Positions 25,880-40,639 of a stretch of DNA of 64,000 nt are shown piece by piece (positions within the stretch are counted from its first letter, which is position 1; the number at the start of each line of letters is the position of its first letter). The translations under genes were made by a program, and so were the position numbers. Source of the stretch: Tubiluchus corallicola (taxonomy: Eukaryota > Animalia > Priapulida); assembly GCA_030141605.1 (NCBI GenBank), contig JAQGDQ010000020.1, forward strand, positions 744,001 through 808,000, written 5' to 3'. The notes under the pieces are model-generated. The model was given only the letters and a program-made list of their open reading frames with translations. It was not told where the DNA came from and did not search any database.

Positions 25880-28700
25880 TTTTTTCAATACATTTTTTTT
25901 TATTTTAAAGGATTTAATGGGATTGTCAGAAAAGTGGAACTCTGGATTGCATTCTTTTCTAAAATAGGCAACATAGATAGTCCTATCAATTTTATTACGC
26001 TGAACCCGAAAAAACTGTTGGCAACTTGAAAAATTAGCGGAAACTTCAAAAACGCAAAAGAAAAACAAAATAGCGGCCAAGCTTTTTGCACAAACAACGT
26101 AAATAAAAACAAATTCCCAGAAAATTACCATTAAGCGGCGATTATCATGCCATCTGTTCCAGGGTGGCTGTACCTAAGGAATCCATTTCTGGTACTTTTA
26201 TTTCAAAAATGGCAACCGCACAAAGCAAAATTATGCCATTCATGCAATTATATTAACTATTTACTATTATCTATATAAAGGTTTATTATAAAAACAAAAA
26301 GCAAGTTATTTTTATTAACTCGACCTTGCTGAATCTCACAAACTGCTATTAGGCCAAAAATGCAAATCCACTTAAGCAGTCCAATAAGAAGATGACAATA
26401 GGATTCCTCATATATCTAGCATCTAACAGAATGATGAAAAACTTATTCATTTCGCCTGTGAGTTATAAAACTTTGCGTAATTCCAGAACACATCAGATTG
26501 ATTAATTTTGGCTATGAGTCTTATCGAAAATCATTCATTTTTGAGATGGCTGAGAAGATGAAAATTGCTAATTATTACAAGCCCTATTTTAGCTATTAGA
26601 GCAGACAAGCAAAGGTTTTGGTGTCTAAGTATAAGTTCTCAAGGTCAAGGAATCCATATCTGATGCTAAAACACCCATGGCATCACTTAAATTGGGGTTT
26701 AAGACGATTGCCAAGACGGCTGTGATCACTTGTGTAATATATTAGCTATATTGCATGTTCTAAGGCAAATGAGATGATGATTTTAGTATCTAATTATATT
26801 ATTTAAAGATCAAGGATTTAGGGTAGTATACAGTATGACCACCATTTTCAAAATGGCCGAAAAGATGGCTGTCAGTAGCTTACAAAGGCAATATCCTAGT
26901 CAATGTCAAATTGTGAATGCCAAGCGCCACGAAATCAGCGTTATCACCATTCCGTGCCAATAGCCTACCTACTGTTACGACAAGACTTGAGCATTTACAG
27001 AGAGAAAGGAAAAAACTCGCTCGGCTCACATGGTAAGCGTCTGAGGCATTTATATCTCTAAGAAACACTGCTAGAGTTGAGCAGCATTCACAAAAAAAGA
27101 AAGTCAATTGAGCCAAGTCCTCCAGAGTCTGCAGCACCGTAGGAGCACAACAAACATGTGGTATATCAGGCACGATACGGCTAAGCCAGATATTAATCAA
27201 TGCCCCAACTTCACCTTCACCATTTGACGAGGCAAGAAGAGGTCCCTACTGATGTGACGTGCGAACAGCACTGGACACTAAGGCCAGAAGTCGTTTTTAA
27301 AGTAAAGTAACTAGTTAACCAGTTACCAGTACCCAGTTAACATAACATTTAACGTAATTAAGTATTACTGCCAGCCAACCAAATGCTATATGGCATATGT
27401 AAGTGTGTTCAAGCAAGTTTTGTTTGTATAGCTCTGTGCAAATGTGGTGGTGAATGTGAGAAATGTTTTTAAGGTAGTGTTATCTATGTTATGTATATCA
27501 AGATTCTGACACAGACAGTTTGTTTCTTATTGCTGGCCTCGTTATCAACTCGTACATTAAATGAGTGATGTGCATACATGATATTGCTGATATCGTTAAG
27601 GTTTAATATGAATAATACTAATACGTAAATACTTGATCTTTAAAACTAATCTCCAGTAGAACGTACGATTTAGCTGATACATTATAGAAGCCGCAGCAGC
27701 TATCTTGGCAAACATATTGAAATATTAAATAGGTGATGTCATAAGTGTTGTTCAGCATCAGCCATCTTGAATGCCACACTGGATGCTACCCTAAATCATT
27801 TGCAGTTAAAGCCTATGTCTACATGCTAAAATCCTCACCCTATCAGCCTAAGAACATACAATGTAGCTAACATATTACATGAGCACCTGCAACATCTTGG
27901 AACCCTCTTGAAATACTAAATAACATGACGTCTTAGGTATTTTAAGTATCAGATGTGGTCTTAAACATTGAAAACCTAAATTTACACTCCAAAATGGTCA
28001 TCTTATCTATTCTAACACTTAAGATACGGCCTTGATATAGTGGCAAAAGACATCTTGTCGGCCATCTTGAAAACGGCGGCTATATTGGAGGATTTTCGGT
28101 TGACCCATATCTAATATCACCTTGATGGGTTCTACCATTGTGCAAAATTTTGGGTGAAATTAGCAATTTTTTGAACATTTTACTAAACCATATTTCGGTC
28201 CTGGTGGCTATCTTGTTTTTTTTGCTTTTATTGGACTGTTTAATTTCCTTACCTCCTCTTTGGGGTTCAGCAGTTTTTTGGATTCAACAAGGTCGAATTG
28301 ATGTTTGTGTTTTGTTAATAAATCTTTAGGTGAAACAGCTTATATAACTGCAGGAATGGCATAATTGCGTGTGGCGTGGCGGCATTTTTGAAAAGAAAGT
28401 AACAGAAATGGAGTGAATAGGTTTGTCTACCATAGAATAGATGTCATAGTCGCTTCTTAATATCAATTTGTTGTGAATTTCTTTTGATTAATTTAGCTTA
28501 TGCAAAACTTGGCAGCCATTTCGGTTTTTGCGATTTTCACTGTTTTTCGCCTATTTTCCAAGCTGACATTTTTTCGGGTTCAAATTGATAAGACTGCCTG
28601 TGTTGCCCGCTTTTATAGACCTAGAACTTTATAGCTCTACCTTTTCGGCATTTTCTTCTGGTCTATTATAAAACGTACTTTTTGAAATTACGCATCTGGT
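25880..28700 (+). mobile_element. AcademX-like non-autonomous DNA transposon with long TIRs
   Basis: About 25880-26240 is an imperfect inverse of about 28355-28690; many gccatcttg / aaaatggc motifs; internal relic (26970-27240) CYDKT*AFT..KKLARLTW and AFTKKRKSIEPSPPESAAP*EHNKHVVYQA..SQILINAPTSPSP match GCDxTSxFxGxGK and LPPTxxALxxHxxRAxYQA motifs. Confidence 0.75.
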
Positions 28701-30419
28701 TTATTTAGCGAACCTTTATGTTAGTAGGAACCATAACCATAAACTACAATTTTTGTACAATCATTGTCACGCTATACGAAACCTGGGGTCCTTATTAAAC
28801 TCGTTATTTATATAGAACCTCTAACCTGTCTATTTCCAGTTGACATAAAGGTGTTGTGCGACATACAGTATCGGCTGGCTTCATCTTGCACTGTGAAGCA
28901 TATATGATATGAAAGCGCTGGTTTAGCTGAAGCTTCTCTGACATTTTAGATACAACACTCGCAAATAGGCAGCAATGTGAAGCCGATACTTGCATTAAAT
29001 CATTGCGAGCTGAATATTATATCTTACTGCGCCATATGCATTTGAGCTGCCTGTAATTATGAAACCTTATGGGCTTCATAATTACATGATTCCATGTGTG
29101 CCGAGTAAATGTGGACTAGATAAATTTAGGCTTCAAATTCCGACATCCAACCCGGTATTTGAAATAAAGCTAAAGGAGCCAAATATGCCATGTATAACTA
29201 CCGCCACTGATTTGACAGGGGGGAACAGTATCGATGTAAAGATCAGTAGAGGAGTTATTGCAACCAAGAGTCTCGCATTATTTGCAAATAGCAGGATGTT
29301 TGGGCTTGATTTCCAGTTATCATCAGGTGAATATTTAATTAGTTTAATTGTATAAAATTATTCAAAAAAACCAATTTTCTATAAAATAGTTTGAAAATTA
29401 TCAGCTATTATTGTGTGGATATAACAGTAAGACTGAACAATGATCAATTGTTATGCGGGCATGAACAATAAGACAATTTTGAAAACTGGTAAACTGTTTG
29501 TTTACAAATCTGAACACGTAACATAGACAATCTTTGAAAAGAAAATGCTTTTGCCATTTTGCTCTATTTTACGAGATGGTTTGAAAACAAAGGACACGTC
29601 TTGTTATATGTGAATAATTTTTCTCGTTTCCTTTAATTCTTTTACCAATTTTTGTACTGGTGCTAAACTAGACTGAGAGCCTGTTGGATGTATTCACAAA
29701 ATTATACTTGATAAGTAATTTCTAAATACAGTTTAGGTTTATTCAAACAAAATAATATATAACGTACAGATTGTATAACGTACGTATATATAATATATAT
29801 TGTATCATTGTGGTTGATACGTTTTTGACACCCAAAGTATCAGCAGTCAGCACTAACTCAATGTTTTGCATTGTAAGCACAATGTGAGCACCTTTACGCT
29901 TACAGCCTATAGCATGCCATTCCACGCTCTATAATCAGCGTGCAGTATATCGCAGCAATATGAGTCGTCACGTTCATTGCATGAACCGTGTGTGAAATGT
30001 CCCTAATATCACACTAAGTGAATTAATACGCTTCATTAAATAGCTGGTTTCAAGTTTTAATGCGTGGCATCGGCCTCAAGCTCTTGCTAAGTACGGTGGC
30101 AAAAGTAACCATATTTCCTGTTAAGTCTTGTGTACTTATCCAAGCGGTCAGCGCTAAGTAGCACTACTCTCTAATTACTCGCTGGCTTCCCCAATTGTTA
30201 AGAGTTTGTGTGTCGGATAGTGATAACTGCTCATTGAAGGCTTCGCTTTTAGCTTCTCGGCGAAGCTGTGAGAACCGTCTTAAAAGCGCGTAAAATGAGC
30301 CTACGTTAATTAAGCCCCAAAGTAAATAAATTTGTGAAATGTAATTAAAATTCATGTGTAGGATACTCATTCGAAGTGTAATGAAGTGAAAAAATTGCAT
30401 CCTGAAGAAACCATTCTCT

Positions 30420-31232
30420 CTTTGTACAATAGTTCTTCTTTCTTTATATATAGCTCACGGGATAGGTAGAACTAGGCGGGACACGGCAGTAACGGCGTCT
30501 GACCTCTGGTGAAGGGCCAGGGGCAGCGGGCGCTTTTCGTTTTTCTATAACTCCAAATCTCCTCCTAGGGCTACCAGTTTTTCCAAAATGTTTTCACAAG
30601 TATTTAGGCACTGTGTAGTAGATGTGCACCTGAGGTTTTAAAACCTGGAATTCGTTAAGGACCCGAAATAAAAACTAAAGTCAGAAAATTGGGTCATGTC
30701 TGTAACTCCGTAAACGTGAGAACTAGAATCACGAAACTTGCAGGGCAGATAAGATACTCAGAGAATGGTATGGGAAAGCTGACCTCTAGGTCAAGGGTCA
30801 CAGTGACCGTGGCCAAAGTGTGAAAAATAGGCCAAATAACTCAGCTTCTATTATAGTGTTGGACTGGGAATCTATATTTTTGCATGAACGTGTAGTCAAG
30901 TAAGGGTAGATGTGCACAAAAAATTTATCAGAGTGGGCGTGGCTAGGTCACGTGAAATGGAAAAAGTGCTAAAATAGGTTTTTGTCAATAACTGAAAATG
31001 TAAACAAGGTGAAGTCCCGGACTTGCATGGCAGGTTGGGCACGAAATACTGAACAATGACCTCGGCTGAAAGGGTCAATGACAATAGGCATTATGTCAAT
31101 TTTTCGTAGGCTCTGTCTCTTCTTACAGTTTTTGAGCTAGAACAACAATTTTTGGTACGTGACTAAATGGCCCCAAATTTTTATGCTTGGTAGAAGCGAG
31201 AAAAAACGAGAAGGAAGTTCGTTGTTTAGTTC
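30420..31232 (+). mobile_element. Helentron-like non-autonomous repeat
   Basis: Recurrent motifs gtagatgtgcac, aactagaatcacgaaacttgcagg, ggtcaagggtca and ataactc; ends aacgagaagg..ttcgttgtttagtt. Confidence 0.5.
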
Positions 31233-31404
31233 TTATTTTGAAACATATGTATGTGTATTTTGATGAGAAATAAAACGAATAACTACTAAAAGAGAAAAGA
31301 AGACGGAAAAGTGGGAGAATTTGAATTTGAATTTAAACTTTTATTTCAGAATTTCTTTCATATAAAACGGTAGTTAAAAGGAGGTAGGAAGAAAGAGTCA
31401 GAAA

Positions 31405-31520
<116 letters not shown>

Positions 31521-34500
31521 GGAAAAAGGGAAACATAGCTGGAATTACAATGAAAGGATTGAAATCGACGGAACAAGTTAAGTCTTTGAGAATCAAACTA
31601 AGATAAAAAATTTAAAATATATTCAATGGAATTTATTTTAATACTCTGCTAAGGTGTTTATAGTTGTGGCACGTCTATATTCGCCTCTAGGGCAGTATAG
31701 TGAGTATACTATGGGCAAGAACTGAAGGGAACGGACAAACACAAAAACATGCAAATGAAAATAGCAAACTGATAAGAGAAAGAGAAAAATGAAATGTTTA
31801 ACTGTTTGATTGTGCTTTACTTGAATCACGTGTGACTGCGGCAGAATATAGATAAGGTATAATCAGATTTCGTGATCCTACAGTCATCCTCCACGTCATT
31901 TCAAAAAATTCTGCAAGACTTTGGATCATCAGCGGAAGTATCTTTAAATTTTTCACGCTGGAGAGAATGTAGTAAGCAATATTGACGCAGAACCGAAGCA
32001 ATAGATTTTCCTTGGGAACTTTTAGGCTGCAAACAACGATTCACTGAAAGTAATGATACGTGTATAATTTCATGATATATCACGGTAGCCATATTTAAGT
32101 TACAGATGAAAAGTGAAAAAGACCCGACCGCAAGGGCATTAAATCAAGACAAATGTTTTGTAGCCACATCTAGTTTCTTTGATGTACAAAAATTTTCTTC
32201 TGCAACAAACACTGTGACGCATTTAAAAATTTTTTAACTGCAGTCACAGCCCGTGCAGGAAGCTAGTTGAATTAAGTGTTGCTCCCTCGGTGATATAATA
32301 ATTCCTCCTTATTTTCCTTATTTGCAGGAACAAGCTTATTTTTCTTGTTTAAAAACAGTAATGCGATAAGTTTTCCGAAGTAATTTCTAAATATATCTTT
32401 CCAAAGTGCATAATTTTATCTTTAAGCAAAATCATTTGCGGGATATAATAATAGCCGAATTTCTTCGAGTCACTTAAAGACTGAAACCGTGCGACCGAAT
32501 TTTTATGATTGCTGTTGAACGTACTTCTTCAAAACGCTTGTTGTACATTTTAAACAAGAAGTAAAAAAGCTGCTATGGGTCTGTGAAGCCATGGGTACCT
32601 AGAAATTTTGGACGTATAAGTTAGTTTTTCAACATCTGTTTTCGCAAGTTTGTTGCCACGCAGAAAACGCTTGTAATTTTTGTAATTTGTGCAAAATCCT
32701 ACTTGATTATAGTCTAAGGCTTATAAGCCTCGAGGTAATTTTTAGGCCAGAAGTCGAACCACTGATCCACATATCCCTATAGCTAATCCATAAACCGCCA
32801 TTTACACCATACACAAAGTCTAGGACCTACTTGGGCTAAATGACTCTAGGGTTGTTGTCCACCCTTTTTTGCTATTTATAAGCAATAATCAAGAATTCAA
32901 ATCACACAGCAAGTAGTTTGGTCAGTAGCAACACCTGACATACCTGCCTGTTCAAGTATTTTTCCTTGCGGACCAGAGAGCGGGCTATTTTTAAAACTCA
33001 ACGATAACTAGCGCCTTACAGGTAGCGTGTAATGTAGACACAGGAATGGGATACATGGTTTTTTGCACAGTGACCGCTGTTTATTGTGTTTAAGAGATAT
33101 GCTAGTTATTCCTTAGCGAAATCTGCCTGATATAGGTTTTCAAAGTGATCGTTGTTTACTTTTAAAATGGCATCTCCTCAAAAGAAGTACAAAGCTGTCT
33201 GCTCTGTGAATCTTTGCGATACATTATAGCACAACATATCCTGTAACATCAACGATCTATAACTGTAAGCTAAGAAACTAAGCTGCATGCAGTTCTAGGT
33301 ATATACAAGCCTGAAGTTTCTGGTGATAAGCGTGGAAATATTTGTTCAAGCTGAAATAAGCTTTTTAAGCACTTCTCTTCTAAAATTCTTTATGATACAC
33401 ACCATGTTGATGTCAAATTAGTTTTGTATGCATGTAACTGTTATGAGTATTTTATGCAAATTTTCAACCATTCGAAACTGATTCATTTAAAGAGTTCTAT
33501 GTATCAAGACATGCATAAAGACAGCGATCTACATAACTCTGATCCATCAATTGTCATAAACTTGTATCTCTTCTTTCGCATTCTCTAAGGCAAGTATCGT
33601 AAATGGAAACACGACTGTCATTTCTTAATGGGATATGTAAGCCGCAATGCATGTATCATGAAGGCTGTCTAACAAATTTTCCTGAAACTTGTCAAAGACC
33701 ATTATAGAAACAACCCAGTGAAATCTGAGTCAAGAGAATACGGAAATAGCCGAAAATGACTTACCAATTATGGCGTAAGCTATTTAGTTTTTAAAAAACA
33801 TTTCTCCACTCTCCTCAGGAGTAGGTATCCTTAGTGGTTTTTAAAATTAAAATTAAAACACGATATTCAATACTAAAGAACGATACAAAATGCAATACAC
33901 AAATTCAATACAAATATAATTGAAAAACAATATTGTCAAAACTGTATATGATATAGTTTACAATTTTTTTTTAAAAATCCTTTTACTTCATTTGAATACG
34001 GCATGAAGGCAACATTCAAGAGAGCATGAAGCAATAGTTAAATACAATATGAAATATTTAAAGCGAAGAATACAGTAAATATGATCAGTGAAATTGTCTG
34101 AAAAATTTTGTTAAAACAGGACTTTAAGTTTTGAAATGTTTATTCGTGTACTGTACCGACCAAATAACAAATCACCAAGCTAGTAAGTAAAAGTTGTCAG
34201 TTGTCGCCTCATGCTGTGCTACTGAGTGATATCTTCAAACTGTATTCTTTTGTAAAAAAATTTGTAATGATAACTGTAGACTAGTATCATTATGTTAACA
34301 CAACATCTGATTTTATTATTATATATTATATAATTATTATAATTTATATTATATCATTTATTATTGTAATATTGTAAAATTATTATATATTATTATATTG
34401 CACTTTAGTCTCAATTTTAGATATTCACTGCCCTGGAAAAATGTTTGAAAAAAATTAATATTTAATAAACAATGCCTGCGTTCATCAATAATTTAATGTT

Positions 34501-34899
34501 TATTTAATAGAAGAAACCATGCAGCTAAGTTCCGCAGTTAAGCTATGTAATGTTATTACCGGTCTCAATGGGGATTTTGAACAATGACAGTGAGCATCTT
34601 AATGGCTATGAAATCCTATGTTGCAAAAATGACTGGATCTCAAGAGTGGTCTTGAGCATTTCATTATGGATGCAAAGACCACTATGACGAGAAGAAGCTT
34701 CCGAAAGCCGCCAAAGCCGAAACTGCAAGTATATGAACACATCAAAGCAAGAAAACTTCCACTGTTACGTGAAGTAATTCAACTTATGCAATTCATTTCA
34801 CGATAGCAGGTTCCTTTTAAAAGAAGATACGTGAATTGGCAAAAGGCAAAAGGCTTATGCTAATTTTCTTTCTGAACTACAACTGAAGACCCGTCAAAA

Positions 34900-35300
34900 T
34901 AACAAATGTTGGAAGGAATAATAGTTAAGCTTTTCCTGGATGACAAACGTGCTAGAACTTCTTACTTGAAGTTCCAGTAATATTGTAACGAACGGACAAA
35001 ACTTACTTAGTTCATAAGAATGTTTATTAATATATTTACCTTTGGCAAAATAGTAAATTAACGCTTGGACTGTAAAATAATTACAACCATGCGGTTGAGT
35101 GTAAACGAGAATCAATAAAAGTATATAGTATTGGCAACTCCATTGAACAACACTTTTTTGCAGGTATTTTGATGCTGATCCTTTGACATTACATAGTCTT
35201 GCGTTTACCTTCACTGTTTGGTATTTACTTCGTTTTTGTCTACATGTTTTTTTCAAATCTCGTAAATAATTAAGCGTTGTATGTGATGTCAAATAAAATA
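34900..35300 (-). mobile_element. Possible very old LINE RT relic
   Basis: ORF 34894-35292 has YLRDLKKTC and KSVVQWSCQYYILLLILVY in the order of the DLxKAFD and GVxQGxxLSPxLF motifs; weak match. Confidence 0.3.
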
Positions 35301-37529
35301 AGACTAGGAAGTAGGCACTATGTGTAACTTTCGAAAATTCATATCAGTAATGAACTTCAGTTCATTGACAACCCTTTTCTGGCATCCACCGTCTATATTG
35401 ATGAATCTTTTTTACCACTTCGGACTTCCCTAATAGTTTGTAACTAACATTCTTATAACATGTCAAGTTAGAAGATGCTCCATAACTGCTTGTTCCTTCT
35501 GTGCTTTTCTTGCTTCTTTTTGCTTGTCGAATAAGTATTGTCCGAAACGTTTTTCCGATAAGACAATTATTGTGTATGTACAAAGTTAAATTTAGATTTA
35601 TTCTACTATAATTTCTTAAGGCTAAACCAGCCTGGTGCGTAAAATGCTAGGAACAGGTTTTTCCGCCGTAGAGGCTATCTTTATGTAGGTCCTCTAAAGT
35701 ACTGTGCACAGCTTAACTAGATACTAATAATTATTATCGTAAAATTTGTGACGTCTAACCTTTGTTTCGTATTATTAATGTCATTCAGTATGTACGTCTA
35801 ACCTTGTAACTTTATTGTAAATAAGTATTTGCATCATGATGTTTTAATCAATTACTTTAGTTTATCTCTAGCTAGGAACTACAGTAAAGATCAACAAATA
35901 CTAATTTCTAATAATATGCTTTTCGAGAACTTCCTTTATACACAAAAAGCTTTAGTCTAATCACATTAAAATCCCACATTTCGAGAGCAAACAAAGAAAC
36001 GCAAGAAAAATAATTTTTAAGTTAACGACACTTGTATTTATAATTTTTGAGTTGCTTGTCACAAAACCTTACAAGTCGCCTATTATTAGGCACCAACAAC
36101 TTTAAACACAGTCTGCTTAGTTGAAATAGACTAAGAGTTAAGCAGCTATAAAAGATCAAACTAGAGAGACACAAGGAATAACCAGAGCGGTGCATAGTAC
36201 TTTCCTACTATACACTGCTCTGGGAAAACTTGTTAAGGGCGCCCCCATGTTATGGGAAACTGAACAAGGAAATTGACTCTTATGACTTTTATACTTTTCT
36301 TGCATATAGTGGAGTTAACCATTATGTAAATAAAGGTACTCATAAGCTTCAAAAGAATTTCGATCCATCGCTGTAACAGTCCCTACACCTCAATTTGTGC
36401 ATTCTTTCTTCATTCTGATTTTCTGATGCAGTAATTATAACGTTTTAAAATTTGTGCGAAGTAAATTACAAGCGAAATCCTAGCTAATCTAACGCATGGC
36501 ATTTTATGAACTAATCAATCATTGCGACATAATTTTCTTAAAATTTGAATTTTCGGTTAAATAACTTTACGCGGATGACTTGGGTAATTTTAACGCATGC
36601 GTAATCCTGTCTCTCATAATATGGTAACGCAGGATAAATTAATTCCGGAAAAGAAATAAATACAAATGTACAGTTTCTAGTAGATTTTTTGATGTTTCGT
36701 GCATGCGCAATACTGTGTTGTGACACAGCAGTTTAACGGTTACAGTGATTCATAAATTGATTTGGAAATTCCGTTATTAATGTAACACCAAAACTTGACA
36801 CGTAAGTGAAGCACCTTTGCGACATCATAAATAATTATCGTAGTGCATTTAGTTAACAACCCTATAATAGCAGTGTATATAGTTACATAATTGGTAACAA
36901 ATGTGAAGGTACCTAACATTATAGCGATTGCAAATTTCCAGTATTCTATCTCATATCAGTGTATTTGTGACTTCAATTAGGGGTTCAAATTAGGGCAAGT
37001 GACATTATATACAAAAAATAGTCAATATCCATTTGCTACCAATAGCAGGATAGGAAAAAGCTCACTGACTGCATGTTAACTACCAAAAAGAGAAAACGTA
37101 ACAAGACTGTCCCAGTCCTAGTTCATTTTAGTTTCAGTTTAAAATTTTAAGACCTGCAATCAAATTAGGTATAATTCTAAATTAACACAAAAATACCAAA
37201 ATCTGCGATAATAATGACCTGCTGAATATCTTTCAAAAGAACTCCAACTCGTTCTGAAACACTCAAAAATTTAAGCTTTTTATTGGATCGATGTTGTTTG
37301 ATTAGGTTTAATTAAAATTCGCTTGACATTAATTTATGCAAATATATGCGTTCATTATTTAATATCAAAAATGCGTGTCATAAATTGCGCATAATTGATA
37401 ACCCCATTTCTTTGTTATTAACTTCCTGCTAATTATTTTCAGTCGTACGCTGTTATATGAACTCTATTCGTAATCAAGCGGATTTAGGCCTACAATAGTT
37501 TACGTTGGCTTATATTATAAACTATCTGA

Positions 37530-39180
37530 ACCCGGTCGCGCCACAAGGGAAAACATGTCAAAGGACCACAGGTCAAAGGTCCATTAGACAAAGGTTCACC
37601 GGTCATAGGATCAAAGTGGACAAAGGACCACCAGTTAAACAGCCTTCAGAAAAAGGAACACTAGTCAATGTTTCAATTGAAAAGACAAAGGATCATTGGT
37701 CAAAGAACCACCAAATAAAAATTAGCAGATCACATAAATGTCAACCGAAAAACCATTTGAGATATAGATATACATTTTGCTTTGTGTTGAAATAATAATT
37801 ATTTGCAGAGGTTAAACTCACCATCAGGATAAATAACGAAGTTCTGCATTATTTATTTCTCATGACTCACCTTCTACTCACGATGCCAAAAATGCTGGAT
37901 TGAATAATTCAATTGTGCTACAATTAGAAAATAAATTATTATGTTTTAAAGAACGAAAATTAACAAAAAACGAAAAACATAAGAAAATTAAATTTGTAGA
38001 GATTTCTAAAATGTATAAAAAGTTTAAGTTTAGCTTTATTATGTTTAATAAAACAGATTGGAGACAGTATTTTGTATTTACAAATTGACATTGGTTAGTT
38101 TTAATAAATGTTTAATAAAAAGCTATTTCTTGCTACAGTGCCTAACTTCACTAGACATTTAACTGGAAAATATTCATTTAAAAATAGTATGTGTTTTTGT
38201 GACTTGGAGCTGGGGTGTGTCTAAGCTAACAACGTTTACATTTCATGTATAACTCATAACAACTAATTTCAGTTTTATTGTTAACTAATCTTTCTTTGCT
38301 AATAACTTCAGATAAAATGCAGCACTTCGCAGGAGCCAAGGGGTTATCGCAAGAAGAAAGAAGTCGGTAGTATACAGCAAAGTTTGTTTTTATAAGAATG
38401 GTACGCTTTCATGGAGTTTAGATTATAGATGGTACGCTTTCATCGATGATAGACACTAATTAATATCAGGCAGAAGTAACATGCGCCATACCTTTCTTGC
38501 AATGATATACTTTTCTTGTAACGATCGTCAAACATTAAAACATTTCCCAGTGGCGACAAATGAAATGACTTGACTGTCTTGTTTTTAGAAATCTGAAACG
38601 CGCGCAGCAATAATTATTCACGAGTGATAGTTTAAAAAAATAATCAAACCTGTGACAAGCTGGCGACGATAATTAGGCCACCACCTTCTGTTAAAAAACG
38701 ATGTTTTCATATTAGAAACTCCAAAAAAATCTTCATCTTCAAGCCTACTTCATGAAAACAACTTTGCGTTAACATTTTTAAAGCATATAGTTCTCTAACC
38801 TGTTGTCAGTCTTGTGAATTTCTTAGCTTTTTTATCTTTTAGTCTTGTGTTCAGCTGGGTGTTTTAACTTTTCTTACCATACCACGTACATTGTTAACGT
38901 ACGAAATAAATTTTAAATGAAAATAAAACAAGATAAAAATATTTTATCAATCATTATTATTATCGGCTAAAATTATCATCTACATTTTATTAAGTAAGAC
39001 ATTAACGTAAGTATATGTTGTAACTTCGTTCAAGCTGCTGTCAGCACAAACACTAGCGGTCCTCAGTCCATTTTCCTGACACGTTGACCTTTGACCATTT
39101 TTAAAATGCTGAAGCTGGGTCTTTAACTGGTTGTCCTTTAACTAGTGGTTCTTTGTCCAGTGGTCTTTTCACCATCAACC
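37530..39180. mobile_element. TIR element with ~15 bp 'caaaggaccactagt' subterminal arrays
   Basis: Left array 37555-37715 and inverted right array 39050-39180 ending ggtcttttcaccatcaacc. Confidence 0.7.
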
Positions 39181-40639
39181 GTTATTTTGGACGCCACTTT
39201 GGCCTGAAATACTGGTCTTTATCTGGATAGTGTGGGACGTCAATATTCGAACTCGGGGCCTTCTAAAATTTTTAAAAACACATTTGACATTATATATAGC
39301 AGAATACCCTAAACGTGATATTTTGGACGACATTTTGGTCGCCATATGGAGGGACAACGACCTAATTTTACGTTAACCTTGCCAGGACTGTGGTGATTCT
39401 TAGCGTACAGAATAAGGACACACAAACGCCCGCGCACACGCATTCATCTTCGATTCTCATATTTATATGTATATAGATTGACAGCTAGTGTTAACGCAAT
39501 AATCAGTGTATTAGTGGACTTCTAATAGGTACATCTTCTGGAGATAAATTGAAATTGAAAGCGACGTCAATTAGAGTCAAGAACCTTATACTGTATATGC
39601 ATAATTTTATTGAAGCTTTTCTCAGTCAATGTGATGTAAATCACCCACACACAAGCTGTTACTTCGCTTGCTTACATTATTAGCAGCTTTATGCTTCAGC
39701 ACACAAGAAGCTCTTGGTGGCTTCTTTATGTTCCTTATATTACGTTTTTTGTCTCAACGGATGATGACTGTTATTACCATTATCCGACTCGTAGTAGCCA
39801 TAGTTTTTCATCAATACAGAATAGCTGCACAATCAGAACGCCAGGGTTACATAATGTACCTAATTCTACAACATTTCATACTGCACGTACATCGCCTTTT
39901 TCTTTGTGTGTGAAACATAAATTATTTTATTCTTATCAAACTACGTCAGTAATTAAAAATATGTTAGGCTGTAATGTAAAAAATGCAAGTTACAACATGT
40001 GAAGCATGATAATTACATGTTAGTAATATATACTGAATTAAATATTGATGTTAAATTAGTAATAATAGTTACAATCATTTGATGAAAAAATATAATTTAT
40101 ACAGGTCTTAGACAGTTTGAAACAATGTAACATTTCGGTCGTGGCTTAGTCGAGAGGATCCGAAAAGAAATGTTGAAATGTTCAGCTGAATGGTCAAGTT
40201 ATTTACGTTAAACCGGAAAATATTTTATTGTAATAGCTTGTTTAATTTTTTCCCAAGGTTCATTCCACTAACTATATATAAGAGACACTCGAGCAAGGAA
40301 TGTTGTACAGTTTCTCTCGAAGACCCGAAAGTACAATTTGGCTTAACTACGCTCCCAGTTCTGATGCTGCATCGGTGACTGCTGAGTGCTGAGATCGTGA
40401 TTTCATTGAGAAAAGCCGACTCATTAACTATTGTTTTGAAAACGAGTTAAGACAAGGTCGTTTTCTTAAAATTTATCTACATACAGTTACATATTTTTGG
40501 CAGATTCTAGAGGATTTACGATAACATTGCATAAATTTTGTATCAGATTATATACTTTCTAGCTGTCTTGCACTATGACTATTACAATGATTCTGCTTTA
40601 ACATTGTTTGTGCAGAGTACTATGCAGTAAGCAAAATCG

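Noticed and set aside
28804-28995. QCKMKPADTVCRTT as a third Ly6 exon
   Set aside because: Lacks LxCYxC, matching splice sites and a downstream CCxxDxCN exon.
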